A stretch of 61,267 nucleotides of DNA, filler included, from Platydemus manokwari (taxonomy: Eukaryota), in NCBI GenBank assembly GCA_037951405.1. It is 6 parts of 6 records of this genome, joined end to end, with 100 filler letters (N's around TTAATTAATTAA, not from the genome) between each part and the next. Parts side by side here need not be neighbours in the genome. Positions count along the whole stretch, not along the records: positions 40,918 to 51,574 come from JBBMOY011116219.1; positions 51,675 to 61,267 come from JBBMOY011228099.1; 4 more parts are not named here. One strand, given 5' to 3'. Numbering within the stretch: the first letter of the stretch is position 1; the number at the start of each line of letters is the position of its first letter. The notes under the pieces were generated by a model. It had not been told where the DNA came from and made no database searches. It worked only from the letters and a program-made list of their open reading frames with translations. Shown here piece by piece: positions 41,011 to 54,269 of this stretch. The position numbers and the translations under genes were made by a program.

Positions 41011-44000
41011 ATATTTGATGTTCTTTTTCCCGGTCTTGGGAAATCTATCAGCTCTGAGATCGTTACGAGTTTTGAGAGCATTGAAAACAGTAACAACAGT
41101 GCCTGGTAATGATAATTTCAACAATCAAATAAATATCTATCTATTTCACTTATAATTCATACGATTTTCTTTTTATTAATCGATAATATTTTTCTGGACC
41201 TAATCTCAAGTTTGTTATATATTCATTTCCATTCGCTTAGTCAATCATAAAGATATGACAGCAAGATAAGAATCTTAATAATTAAAATAATGAAAACAAT
41301 TTCTTTTTAAGTTTTTTAAAATAATGAAATTGATGATATTTATCTATAAAAATAAAATTGTCTAAAATTGTTAATTATTTTATATTTCAGTAGATTATTT
41401 GATTCAATAAATTATTTTGTTCCTTACATTAACTCATATATTATACATTGATAATTTTGATTTTTTTAATAAAATTAATTAGATGAATATTATTTATTTC
41501 ATTTTTTAAATGATTTAAATAATTTTGATTATAACAATATTGTTTAGTTTAATAATTTTAAAAGTTTATAACACATTAATGTTAGAATATTTATTATCCA
41601 ATAAATTCCAATATAAATGCCAGAAAATCAATGCAATTCTATGATTGATTTCAAACTATCAAGTCAATGTATATTTGCTCAACAAAGATGGCATTAAGCT
41701 GAAATAAAAAATTGAAATTAAGTTTTTAAAGTAAAAAATCTATTTATTAAATATATAAAAAAACATACGATTCCAACCTTGAAAATAACTTTCAAAATTA
41801 TAATAAAACTATTAGAACTCATGAGAGGCTCATCTCCTTGGACATTCTTTAATTTCAGGTATGAAAACCGTTGTTGGTGCTCTTTTGGAAGCTGTGAAAC
41901 AATTGAGAGATGCTATGGTTCTAACGTTATTTTTACTATCGATATTTGCACTAATCGGTTTGCAGCTATATCGAGGAACATTGTTGAAAAAGTGCGTCAA
42001 GGAATTCAACGAAACTTTGATCTATAGCGATACGGATTTCTATTACAATCTCACCGACAGTGAAAAGTGGAATTTAAAATATGCATTTTTTAATGACGAT
42101 AGTGTGTGATATTAAATTGTTAAAACTATTTATCTATCGCCACCAGGTAATTGGCTCGATCCAATGCGTCTGTGCCTAAATTACTCCAACAATGACTGGT
42201 TATTGGTGGCAAATTTGAAATGATTGATTAATTAAAGTATCCTCAGGTCGACATCTTGTCCAAAAGGTTACGTTTGTATTCAAACTAAAACCGGAAATCC
42301 TAATTATGGATTCACCAACTTCGATAATTTTATTGTATCTCTGCTGTGTGCATTCAGATTAATGACTCAAGATTTTTGGGAGGATTTATATCAATTGGTA
42401 CTTTTGTCATTTTATGGTTTAATAATTTGTTGATTCTGCTCATTAAAAACCATGATAATACACACAAATAATTTTTAATCTAGTTCTGCCTAAATTTGTC
42501 ATTAATCATAGTCAGACTTCTTCTGTAGATTTTTCCCCTAATTTTTATGGAATATTTTTTCGAATTTAATTAAATCGGTTTAAATCAATCCTATCAATTG
42601 AATTTAATCCAATTTGTCAAAGTGATATTAAACCATTCAATAACCATTCAATATTTTATTGAATAAATTACAATTTATCGAGCTCCAATCGAGTTTGGAT
42701 CCAAAGATATTCCAATCCCACAAATAATATTTGAATGATACATAATACAATTCCACATTTAATTTATTTAAATAGCTTTTTTTCAAAACGATAAAGCATA
42801 TTATTTATAAACTTTTAGGCTTTTTCTGATTTTCGTAATCAGAATTTTCATTACATATATGAAATTGAAAACTAAAATATTAATAAAATAAATTTTAAGA
42901 AGCTTAAAAATTGATAGTCTTGATTAATGTATGAGTTATGGATAAGTTAATATGATTATATATATATCTAAATTATTAAGTTTTTTGTAATGTTAATTCT
43001 AATATTTTTCTTTGATAACTCAAAAATATCAATTCTTAAATAGGCTATAAATTTTTGAATAAAAAACTAAATTGCGTTAACTAAAAATATTAAAATCAGT
43101 TGAAAAATATTTATTTCAGATCTCAGTAGAATAATTTCATATTATTAAAATCTCTAATTATCATATCTCTGCAGTAAATATTAATTTCAAATCATGGTTA
43201 ATTTTTTATAGACTATTCGTACCAATGGTGACATTCACATTCTTTACTTCATGATGGTGATGTTCTTCGGATCATTTTATTTGATAAATGTCATCTTAGC
43301 CATTGTTGCAATGTCGTACGATGATGTTCGAACGGCAATATTAGCAGAAGAAGCCGGAGATGAAGTTGAGAGAAAGGTATGCATTGTGTGTTTGATTAAA
43401 TCAATTCTCAAGGACGCTTTAGGAACAGGAAGAAATGAGAGAGAAAATTATCGATCGCATAGATGAAGAGCTGTGTGCAGAAAGTTCGGAAGATCTGAAT
43501 TTTCGAATGAACGATAGCACAGCAATTCTTCGGTCCAAAGAATGTTGGAGTGTGCAATCAGAAATGAGAAAACCAAGTTTGTTAAAGCCTGGATTAAATG
43601 ATGATTATCAGGTAATCCAAACGTTGAAATGCAGTCCATGTACATCATTTTCCGTAGACTAAAAGTTACCAAGTATCCAACGCTGATGAAGAAAGTGAAC
43701 CTCGATTCAGTATCTATGAAAATGATATTGGAGATCGCCCAGTGGACGTGAACAGATCTCAGTGTCCTTTGGAAATTTATTACAAAGGTCGTATTAGTTT
43801 TAATTATGTCGATAAGTCCGAATCGGAAGCAACAACGCCCATGCTACCTCGTTCACCGAAATACTTAGCACCTTGTAAGAAGACTGTTGGATCTGTCAGT
43901 TCATATACACCAATGCTGGAGAAAAGAGGGTTTATCTTTTATAATTTTAGCTATTGATTCTTTTCATTTATTTTCAACGGGTTGATTGTAAGTAATTCTG

Positions 44001-47000
44001 ATCTTGCATAACATCAATAAACAATAAATAAATTATTAATTTAAATTATTATTCTTTGTATTTTCTAAAGGCTAAGATCATACTTGGATCCGAATTCACT
44101 CTACAAAAGCAATTCAAGAATGTTAATAGCACAAAAGATTTCAGAAGCCGATAAAGAATCTCGAATAAAACGTCAACTCTCGCAAAGACTCCGGAGAAGA
44201 ATGTCCAAAAATCAATCATTCCGAAATAGATCGGAAAATGTGTCGATCAATAGCGATTTATTTCTCAAAGTTAATCAAGACGGTATGAAAATTTACAGAA
44301 ATGATATTATGAGTTCCATAGAAGCATCTAATTTATAATAATATAATATTGAATGAATCTATCGTATATGCTTGTAATACAGATTCAGTGTACCTCAAAT
44401 CCAATGCTTTGGTGCACAAATTAGAAGTTAAGTTTATCTTTCAAAACTAATCCAGTTATTTCTGCTATTTTTATGAGAGTTTGATAAATGAATACTTACT
44501 CAATTATATTAGTTAACTCACATTATCAATGGCTGTGTAATCCTTTCAGACCAAGAGTAAAAATTGCAATAACTCATTCATTGGTGGATTCGAATATTTA
44601 CATTTCGCTTGCACGTTATACTTTCAAAGTATTTAACTCATCAAGGAACCTCACACACACACACATATATATATAATTACAATTATTACCTTTATTAATA
44701 TTATTTTATTATTTTTTTATTTATATTTAAAAATACACTTTTTTGAAATATTCAAACATATCGGATCCTGTCATTATTAGTATTGTCTTTCATCTAAGGG
44801 ACCATTTTCACGTATGACTATTTCGTTTTTGTAATATTCGTCTTTATAATTCATTATCTTTTTTTTCTTGAATAACTTGAAATAGAAATATCTGAGAAAG
44901 TTTCAGTGATTTTCTTAGTGATTAACATCGATATTTTTACAGACAACAATGTGATATCAGAAATTAACCAATACATAAAAGATACAGAACTTCAGTCGGC
45001 CTTGAGTGCTATGAGCATTTACGAAACAGAAACGAAAATCAAAAAGCGGGAACTAATCAAACAGTGGCTCCTGAAAACGTTTTGCAGTTGGACTTGCTGT
45101 CCATGTTATTTCAAGTTCCAGTCGTATGTGGCTTTATTTATTCTTGATCCATTTGTGGAGTTATTTATCACGCTCTGTATTGTCACCAATACAATTCTGA
45201 TGTCCATAGATACGCCTGCTAACAATCAAGATATGAATCATTTCCTTAAATGTGCCAATTATGTAGATTTGTTTTATCGTTCTTAAAGCATCATGATAAA
45301 ATATATTTATTGTCTTAGTTTTTCACAACAACATTTGGATTGGAAGCGTTTTTAAAACTTATTGCATTGGGTCCAAATACGTATTTCCAAGAGCATTGGA
45401 ATGTATTTGATTTCATCATAGTCATACTGAGTCTTGTTGAGATTCCAGCTGATAGCTCAGGAATGTCTTTATTAAGAGCCTTTCGATTGGTAAGATATTA
45501 TATATAATTATATATAATTATATTCAAATGATGTTATAATATAGTATTAAGTACTTTACCTGAAAGCCTTATATATAAGGTTGGTATATCTCCAATAATT
45601 TTTAACAAAATTTTGTTTTCTGCAGTCAAACCTATAAATTTATACGAATATACTTTCTATAGAATAAAATAGTACGCATGAATAACTTTGAAAATAATTT
45701 GCATGTTATAAATCACTTTATAAATAAGTGACAGCATCTAGAAAAAATCCTTGCCGAACTGGTGAGCAATGGATTGCAAATAAGTGCTTTCTTACAAAGT
45801 GTAATATCATCTTTTATAATTTTTCAGCTAAGAGTATTTAAATTGGCAAAGTCGTGGCAAACTATGAATCTGCTATTTATGATTATTGGAACGACTGTCG
45901 GAGCTATTGGAAATTTGTGTATAGTTCTCGGTATTATTATTTTCATATTCGCTGTAGTCGGAATGCAACTATTTGGAGAGCGCTACGCGAATTTCAGAAA
46001 CGAAACACTTTTCCCCTCATTTAAAGGAAAAGAACCCCGGTGGAATTTTAATGATTTTACTCATTCATTTATGATTGTATTTCGAGTGCTATGTGGTGAA
46101 TGGATAGAATCGATGTGGGATTGCATATTGGTTAATGGATATCAATGCGTTCCATTTTTCTTACTGACTATGGTTTTGGGAAATTTGGTGGTATGAATGA
46201 TATTTTTCCTTATTTTAAATATTCAATGATTTAATATTTAGCTGTTGAATCTGTTCTTGGCGTTGTTGCTTAGCTCGTTTGGTAGCGAGAGTCTTCAGAA
46301 GAGAGAAGATGATTCTAATGAAACAAATAAACTCCAAGAAGCCATTGATAGAATTTACAGAGCCGTTGTGTGGGTGAAAGTTCAGACGAGATTATTTGTG
46401 AAGATCACGAAACAGCATTTCGGAAGATTTATAAAGTTTGAATACATAAAATGTGTATAATTTCCAATATTTATGGTGAAAGATATATTACAATCTCCGA
46501 TAAAGAAAAATTGATACTTTCCGGGCCTTGATATTTAGTTTATTATATCATTGTATAAGAAGTTCACTTTTCTCTATTGATTAGATGAAAACATGCTCAG
46601 AGATATTTAATCTTGTTGAGTTTCAAAGTTTCCAGATTTGCTTTTTGATTTCAGACATTATTGAGTTTCGTCATGATTCTTCCATCATATTTATGATGTA
46701 AGAATCGTTTTATTCAAACGGCCAACTCCAACTTCCAAGCATCACATGTAGATATCTAAATGAAGATCACGGAAAAATCAATATTTTATGAAATGAGTTA
46801 AGGGTTCGCTGATTAAATAATTATCACTGATAGACCGGTTTTGCAGTCTTCTATTCATCATCATGGGTATCTAACCATATATCCATCATCTGAGCCTACA
46901 TTCACCATACCTAATTAGCTTTCACAGGTTGATCATGGTGGTACCAGTAATTATTCACTTTGAATTTTATATTAGCAAATTCTTCAAAGATTTCAAACAA

Positions 47001-50000
47001 TATTATTAAGTTATTTCAACAAATCAATGACTCTGGTTTTCAAAATACTCCGGATATCGTAGAATATACATATCGATGAATTTAAAAATATCAATAATAA
47101 TATTAACAATAATTATTTTTTAAGTAGAATAAAAGCTGTTTTATAGAGTTAAATTAATTTCAGGAAGAACCGGAAATCGAAGAAAAACAATCTGGTCTGG
47201 GATTCTTATAATATGAAATGCGAAAAATCATTTTATCAAACAACAATGGCCAATGACAACAAAAACCTAGGTTAAATCGTCTATTCTTTAATAATAGAAA
47301 TGTTTACAAAAATGGTGTTGATTTAAAAGTAGATTTTGTGATTCAGTGTTGTTGGTGTATCAATTAATTACTAAATTAAATGGATTAATTAATTAATTGA
47401 TTTTTTAAAGAAATCTTTCAAAATGAATTATTTGTGACAAATATTTAGAAGATTCATTGGCAAATCAGGAAATATGGTTCAAATACTCATTAAAAGAAAC
47501 CGAAATACCTCGATTTGATGAAGATCCAGAAATTAATGAAGTAGAAATCATCTATTCCACATCGCCAGAAGACTGCCTGCCGACATTTCTTAGTAGGATC
47601 TTGGGAAACTTTTACGATATAATTTTTGAAACAAAAATCGGAAAATTGTGGTGGAATTCTCGATGTATGGCATCAAAATTTGTAGAACATCAATTTTTCG
47701 AAACTTTTATCATTGTGATGATAGTCATTAGCTCACTCACTTTGGTTAGATCATTAATATGATTCTATTTTTTACTCTTTACAATGAAATATTAATTAGA
47801 AATACAAATATTAAAACATTATCTTAAGGTTTACACTAGTGTTTTTCAAAAGGAGGGAAGCGCACCTACCAGTGAGTCACGAAAAATTTATGGGGGTCTC
47901 GAGAAATTTCAAAGTTATAGTAAAGAAAATATTCTTTAAAGATGAGAAGTTTAATTTAAAATAATTTTCAATACAATTATTCTTATTGATATTGATTTAT
48001 TTTATTGATATTATTAGACGACAAAATGTATTTCATTTTTTAATGCAAAAATAGTCTCAACAAGAGTATGTTCTAAATATTTAAAAAGTGAATCATCTCT
48101 CACTTAAAGCCCAAGAAAAGTTTTCAGTACTCTCCAGTGATTTGAGCTTGAAAGTAAATTTTTCAAAAAAATTCCTTGTGGACTGGTGTAGAAACAGAAT
48201 ACCCACTATTATCGGAACTGGCCATATTTTCTCTCCTTCCTTTTGCCTCTACTTATTTATGTGAAAAATCATTTTCGACACTGACTTAAATTAAGATAAA
48301 ATATAGATCGAATTTTAAAGATCTGGAATTAGAACTGAGACTAGCCATCACCGAAATAGATCCAAGATTTGATATTTAATGCTAGAATATACAAAATCCT
48401 TGTTATTATTAAATATTTTGTAAATTTTGGGGTTAGAAAAAATTTATTAAAAAAATTTACTTTATCATTTTTGTTTTAGTCCCTAGGGGTCGCGAAAAAA
48501 ATTGAACTCGTAAAGTGGGTCACAACACAAAAAGTGTGAAGACCACTGGTTTACACAATGACACGACTTAAATAAATTTAGATTTTTGAAAGAATTAAAT
48601 GATAACCTTCTTAATGAATCTTTAATTAATATTTTTATATTTCTCATCAGTCCAATTATAATTGAAAAATATTTAAAGTTAAATACCGAGTTTTAACAAT
48701 AAATGAAAACATATATCTATAAATTTCAGACTAAATATTTATCTATTATAAAATTATCAATCGTTATTATCCAATCACATAAATTTTCAATGAATCTGAT
48801 TGAAATTTATCAATGATTAATTTTTAGACATTAGAAGATAAAAACCTTCCCGAAAGACCAATCTTGAAAACAATATTGGAAATTATGGACAAAGTATTTA
48901 CGATCATATTCACCTTGGAAATGCTTATCAAGTGGTTTGCTTTTGGATTGAAAAAGTATTTTAAAGATGCTTGGTGTTGGTTGGATTTTATAATTGTAAC
49001 GGTACGTTTGGATATTTAATGAAAATTATATTGAAATATAAACATACTTCTTACAAACACATCCAATTAGAAATTATATAAGCACCCAAAATAAAAACTA
49101 GCAATAATAATAATCGAGATAAATAGATTCAGAGCCAAAATACGCAATTGCAATTGATGTGGGCATTAGAGTGGTGAATCAGAGGTGTCTTAAGTTAATT
49201 ATCTGTAGTTTCGAATCCACCAATGAGAAAATTATTCCACTGTGTATTCGATACCCTATCACATCCAAACAAGTGTAACGTTAATTTAGTTCTCAGTGGT
49301 TCAATACAGTAAAACCACGTAACCCTTACGATAGCAATATCAAACTCCTTCAATAATATCTAAAGATGAAATAAGTAAGCTAGTAGAACATTTTCTTTTT
49401 TATGGATTTTTCATAAATTAGTTAGATAAGTATTTTCAGTACTTTAAGTCGGTTTTTGGTTGACAAAGATTAATACATAAAACTGAATGATTGTACTAAC
49501 GATTTCTATTGGTTGCGTAATTAATATCTTCTGAAAATAATACCGCTGTATAGCTTATGAATTGCATGGAAGTCTATCCTATTTTATTATAAAGAATTAA
49601 AGAATTGGCATCACGTGTGAATAATTCATCGATTTGAAGAATAATAAAATTATTGGCCTTAAGTTAGTAATCTTAGGAGAATATGAGAAGCATTTTTTTC
49701 TTAATTCCAGCTCAAATTATGTACAAATAACTACTTCACTTTTTCTTCGTCCAAAATGACAAGCTTAAACTAAATTCTAATTCCTTTTACTATTTATGGA
49801 ATTTGTTTTTGATAATAGTGTGTCATATATGAGTTCTGTTCGTCAGAAAACCATAATAATAATTGTAAATTATAAAGATTATTATAAATTGCAGTCTCTC
49901 TAAAGATATTAAGTGAATCATTTCTGCTAATCCTGAGCTGATGTCGTACATGTTGTGAGAAAACTTTTGCACTTGAACCATTGACTATACTTACCAATCA

Positions 50001-50744
50001 TTCGCCAATACAAGTGTTCTTAAGTTTCTACTCCGATAGCATCTCACTATTCGTTGTATTATAACCTAATGACAGGACATGTGTACTTATTGAGATTTAC
50101 ATATTTAGTTCCGTGTTACAAGAATAATCCACTGCTTTGTGTAGTTGTGAAAGAAAGATTTTATCAATCAATTTAATTTAAGCTGGAAATTGATCAGATT
50201 TAAGTTATCAAACTCAAGTTTTATTTATTAGGAAAAGTATGACCGCCTGAAAATCCGAAATAATACGTTTTATAACAATCTTTATCATTATAGTATATAT
50301 GACACTTTATGGCATCATTTCATTTCCCTTTAGATTGCTTTAGTAAGTCTTGTTTTGTCATATATTGGAACATCCGCAGGAGGAATGGGTGCATTCAAAG
50401 CCATGAGAACTTTAAGAGCCTTGCGACCTTTGAGAGCTGTGTCTAGATGGGAAGGAATGAGAATAGTTGTCAATGCATTGATACAGGCTATCCCATCAAT
50501 ATTCAACGTACTCCTTGTCTGTCTTGTGTTTTGGTTGATTTTCAGTATCATCGGCATGCAACTGTTTGGAGGAAAGTTTTACAAATGCGTTTCAAACGAA
50601 ACTATGGAAAAGATATCACCGACAATTATTAGAAATAAAAGTGAATGCCTGATGATGAAAGAAGCATATGCCAATGTTTCTTGGGAGAATTCTCAATTAA
50701 ATTTCGATAATGTTCTCAACGGTTATTTGTGTTTATTTCAAGTA
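41011..50744 (+). CDS. Voltage-gated sodium channel alpha subunit (Nav1/para-like), partial: DI-S3 to DIII pore. Exons include 41011-41105, 41859-42101, 42147-42198, 42247-42397, 43212-43376, 43423-43611, 44943-45262, 45319-45489, 45828-46190, 46242-~46435, ~47449-47743, 48828-49001, 50334-50744
   Basis: S4 motifs [20 protein letters not shown]|[10 protein letters not shown] and [20 protein letters not shown]. Pore motifs [11 protein letters not shown] and [16 protein letters not shown]6 motifs [18 protein letters not shown] and [12 protein letters not shown]. Confidence 0.97.
47837..48548 (+). mobile_element. Non-autonomous hAT (Charlie/Buster-like) element in a Nav intron
   Basis: TIRs TAGTGTTTTTCA / TGAAGACCACTG with a perfect 8-bp TSD GTTTACAC. 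Internal dimerization-domain remnant [50 protein letters not shown]. Confidence 0.92.
49160..49345 (+). mobile_element. Possible degenerate tRNA-derived SINE
   Basis: A-box-like TAGAGTGGT and B-box-like GTTTCGAATCC at tRNA-like spacing. No intact cloverleaf. Confidence 0.3.
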
Positions 50745-50934
50745 GTAAGTTTGTTTTTTATATTTTTTTAATTCATTTTTCATCTTGTTGAATTTTTATA
50801 TTTTTTGTTGTTATTATTTAATCGTGAAATGAAATAAATTTAATTTATTTTTTCCCATTTGTTCTTAAAAATTAAAATATTCATTGTTGAAAGCAGTTGG
50901 ACATCTGATTTTCGTATTACCATCACTCATGGGA

Positions 50935-51523
50935 TTAAGTTAAGAAAAGGGTCCTAAAATAATTTTTTTAATTTGTTGAGTGCATTGCAAAAATCTATAC
51001 AGTTTATTTAATTATATTCTTTAAAAACATGTTGAATTTTTTTATTTAAGTAATTAAGATTAATTTAAGCTATTTGAAATACAATGGTAAATAGATTAGG
51101 TCCTCAAAATCTCCTAAATTTTGATTATTTGAAAAAGGTATCAAAGTAGGTCAAATAGCAATTTATTGAAAATTATCGAGGACCCTTCTTTAATATTAGA
51201 AGTAAATTGGAAAATACTTAAATTTTTTTAAATTATTTGATAAAAACAAGTAACACTAGACTATTAAACATGCCATGGGTTTCCTAAATTCATTTATAAT
51301 TAAATAAGTTTAAATTTACAAAATCAAAAAATCATGTAGAAGCGTTGTTGTAGAATAGAAACTTAGTTTAAAAACAATGTTTCGTCCTTATTCGATATGG
51401 TAAAAATTGAAATTTGAATTGAATCATATGAATAAATCAAAAATCGCAATTATATATAAAATTAAGTTATAAAATTTCATCATGCGCGAAAACTAGATCA
51501 AAGGATCACATTTCTTAATTTAA
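50935..51523 (+). mobile_element. MITE family A copy (in a Nav intron)
   Basis: TIRs TTAAGTTAAGAAAAGGGTCC ... GGATCACATTTCTTAATTTAA. Superfamily unresolved. Confidence 0.7.
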
Positions 51524-51574
51524 GCTTAATTCTAATGTGTGGCCAATATTGTGTAAATTCATATGAGGTTAACC

Positions 51575-51674
51575 NNNNNNNNNNNNNNNNNNNNNNNNNN
51601 NNNNNNNNNNNNNNNNNNTTAATTAATTAANNNNNNNNNNNNNNNNNNNNNNNNNNNNNNNNNNNNNNNNNNNN
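51575..51674. other. Artificial contig spacer
   Basis: Same 100-bp linker. Confidence 0.95.
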
Positions 51675-54162
51675 GTTCTTACATTGTATTACTGATATAT
51701 TTGGAAAGAGATTTTGAATGTGGATTCTCTATTTTAAAACATATTGAAAGATTCAATATATCCTATTCGAACATGATTATGAAGAAGATCTAATAAGTGG
51801 AAACAATCTGTTAGAATTATCAATTAGAATGATGATTATAAAATCTATTATTTGCATGGAATTGTTTAAATTGCCCCAGATAACCAGATTAAAACAAAAT
51901 ACAATATGAAGCTACAAGAATCTTTTCAAAAGATCTTTATCAATTTATATTTTATTGGTTTGATTTTTCTCTCTGTTCGATACTGTTATTGTAGTAAAAG
52001 AATATTTTTCAATTATTGGAGAGTTAAAAAACTTATTAGTAAGAGAGAATTTCTTACCTAGGTAGTTACAGATACAATATTATTTTTCAAGAATATTGTT
52101 ATTATATTTTTCCGGTTCCAATAATGTGTCGAGGGATAATAAATATTCACAATATCTAACAAATCTAATAAACAATAACTAATTTGTTATGCCTTGACAA
52201 AGCGGAATATATCTTTACATCAGTTTATTAATAAGTTTAGAATTTTTAAAATTCACAAACCAAGACTAGTGCGATATCAAAGAACGATAAGGATGGATAA
52301 ATTAAATAAAGAAAATCGTCAAATTGAATATTTCTATAAATAATATTGGAAATATATCAGTGTGGAAGACACTCCAGTTATCAATGATTGGTGATAACAT
52401 TTACTTGTAGCTTGTAATCAAACCGATAGAAAATTGTTGATAACTTAGGAGGATTGAGTAGAACCATTGAATAGATGGTTGGAACAAATAAATATTCTGG
52501 ATAGATTCTTCATTACATAATTCATGTTTCTATACAAGAATATTTGGAAATTATAAAATTATCTTGCAATTTACATTTATCTGGAGATTTAGTTTATTAT
52601 TTGAGAAGATTTTATCGATGATTTAAAATAGATAAAATCATTAAAGAGATTATCACAGAAATTATCTCGAATAACTGATTGATTATCTCTGGGAAAAATT
52701 GTACAAGAATTTCAAGAATTTGACCAAATAATAGAAAATACTGGTAAAATCAATAAACAGTATTTATCAATAAGTATTTCTCATTTATCTCTGATCACTA
52801 ATCTGATGAATTAGCTAATAATTATTGTAAAACTAGAGAGCTTAATGGGTGAACAATACAAACAATTTCAATATATTTTCCATCGATAGAACAGTTTTCT
52901 AGTCTTTATTGTTTTAGATGGAAATGATAATGAACGGTCAATTTGACTGGCATCAAAAGCACAACCAGAAACTCTTAAATCGTCATTTTAACATGTTAAA
53001 GGTTCTCATATTTAATAAAGTATTTTTATCTTGCTTCATGAAACCATTTATCACAGAATCAATGGTCAGTGTATCCCATTATCAAATGGATCATCAATCA
53101 TCATCAAACCGTTTAAAATAACCAAAATTTTCTTCAAAAGCATAATATTTCTTTGAGCGATTGTAAGGGTATATCTCAGAAACGTAACAGTAACCGATAC
53201 TATAAATACAAATGATTCCCTCGTCATGGTCAGACCTAGGGAGAATTAAAATAATTTATATCAAATACGTGAAGTGAAGTGGTCGAAAATAAGATATAAT
53301 AAATTCCATATTTTCAGTCAGCTATGCTCGTATCTAGCTATTGATAATTTGCGTGTCAGTATCATACAGTCTCATTATCCAATATCACTATTACTTACCA
53401 TATGACTGTGAGGATTTGTTGTAATATGATTTTAGTATCACTTTGGCCCATTACTGACATCACAATGGAATTGTTTAATGTAATGGGTATGACAGCTTAG
53501 GTGATAATCTAAATAATGTCGCAGTACTGCCCAAGGGTCTTTCTGTATCCCAAATCTGAATCCCAATTTAGAGCTTGTTAATGACGAATACTTCACAATA
53601 AGTGAACATCAAAATAATAATTTTCTTAGCAATTAATATTGTTTTCATCCATTTAATGAGGCTATATAATCTTGAGAAATGCTTTAAAATAATCTTATCT
53701 TAAAGCTTCCCGAATATTAGCATCATTTATTAATACGTGAAAAAACCAAACCACCTGGCTTAATCAAGTAGGTGATCTAGTTATAAAGTTTCACATCATT
53801 TATGTTCATTTATCATTGAAAAATAATTGGTGACCACAACCTTGGAATTCATCACATACATGGCTTCTTTACAATGAACAGAAATGTTATAATGATATCA
53901 TATCATAACATATTATTATGTTGGGCCTGGTTTTGTTATTCCAGTATCTGTTGCATGTTACTTGTTGACTGGTATAATTCCATAAGAAAACATCAGTTAA
54001 AATGGAGTCTAAGAATTGCAAACGAATATTCGAACAAATCAAACTGATCATTTCCTATTTAAAATGATTGATTACATATAAATTGATTTTCTTTCGATTT
54101 CCTATGAAGGAATTTCCTATCTATTCTTACAAATTTCCTTATATTCATTATATGCCATATAT

Positions 54163-54269
54163 CAGGGGTGGCCAACCGGTCGATCTTGAAGCCAATTTTA
54201 GTCCATCGCGCGTGAGATGTTATTCAAATGAAAAGTCGATCTTACGTACACAAAAGTTGGCCACCTCTG
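54163..54269 (+). mobile_element. hAT MITE (107 bp)
   Basis: TIRs CAGGGGTGGCCAAC / GTTGGCCACCTCTG with a perfect 8-bp TSD CCATATAT. Confidence 0.9.

Noticed and set aside
9365-51674. Recurring TTAATTAATTAA within N-runs, and apparent clustering of ANP32, Nav and Wnt11
   Set aside because: Artificial all-frame-stop linker joining separate contigs, so no synteny can be inferred.
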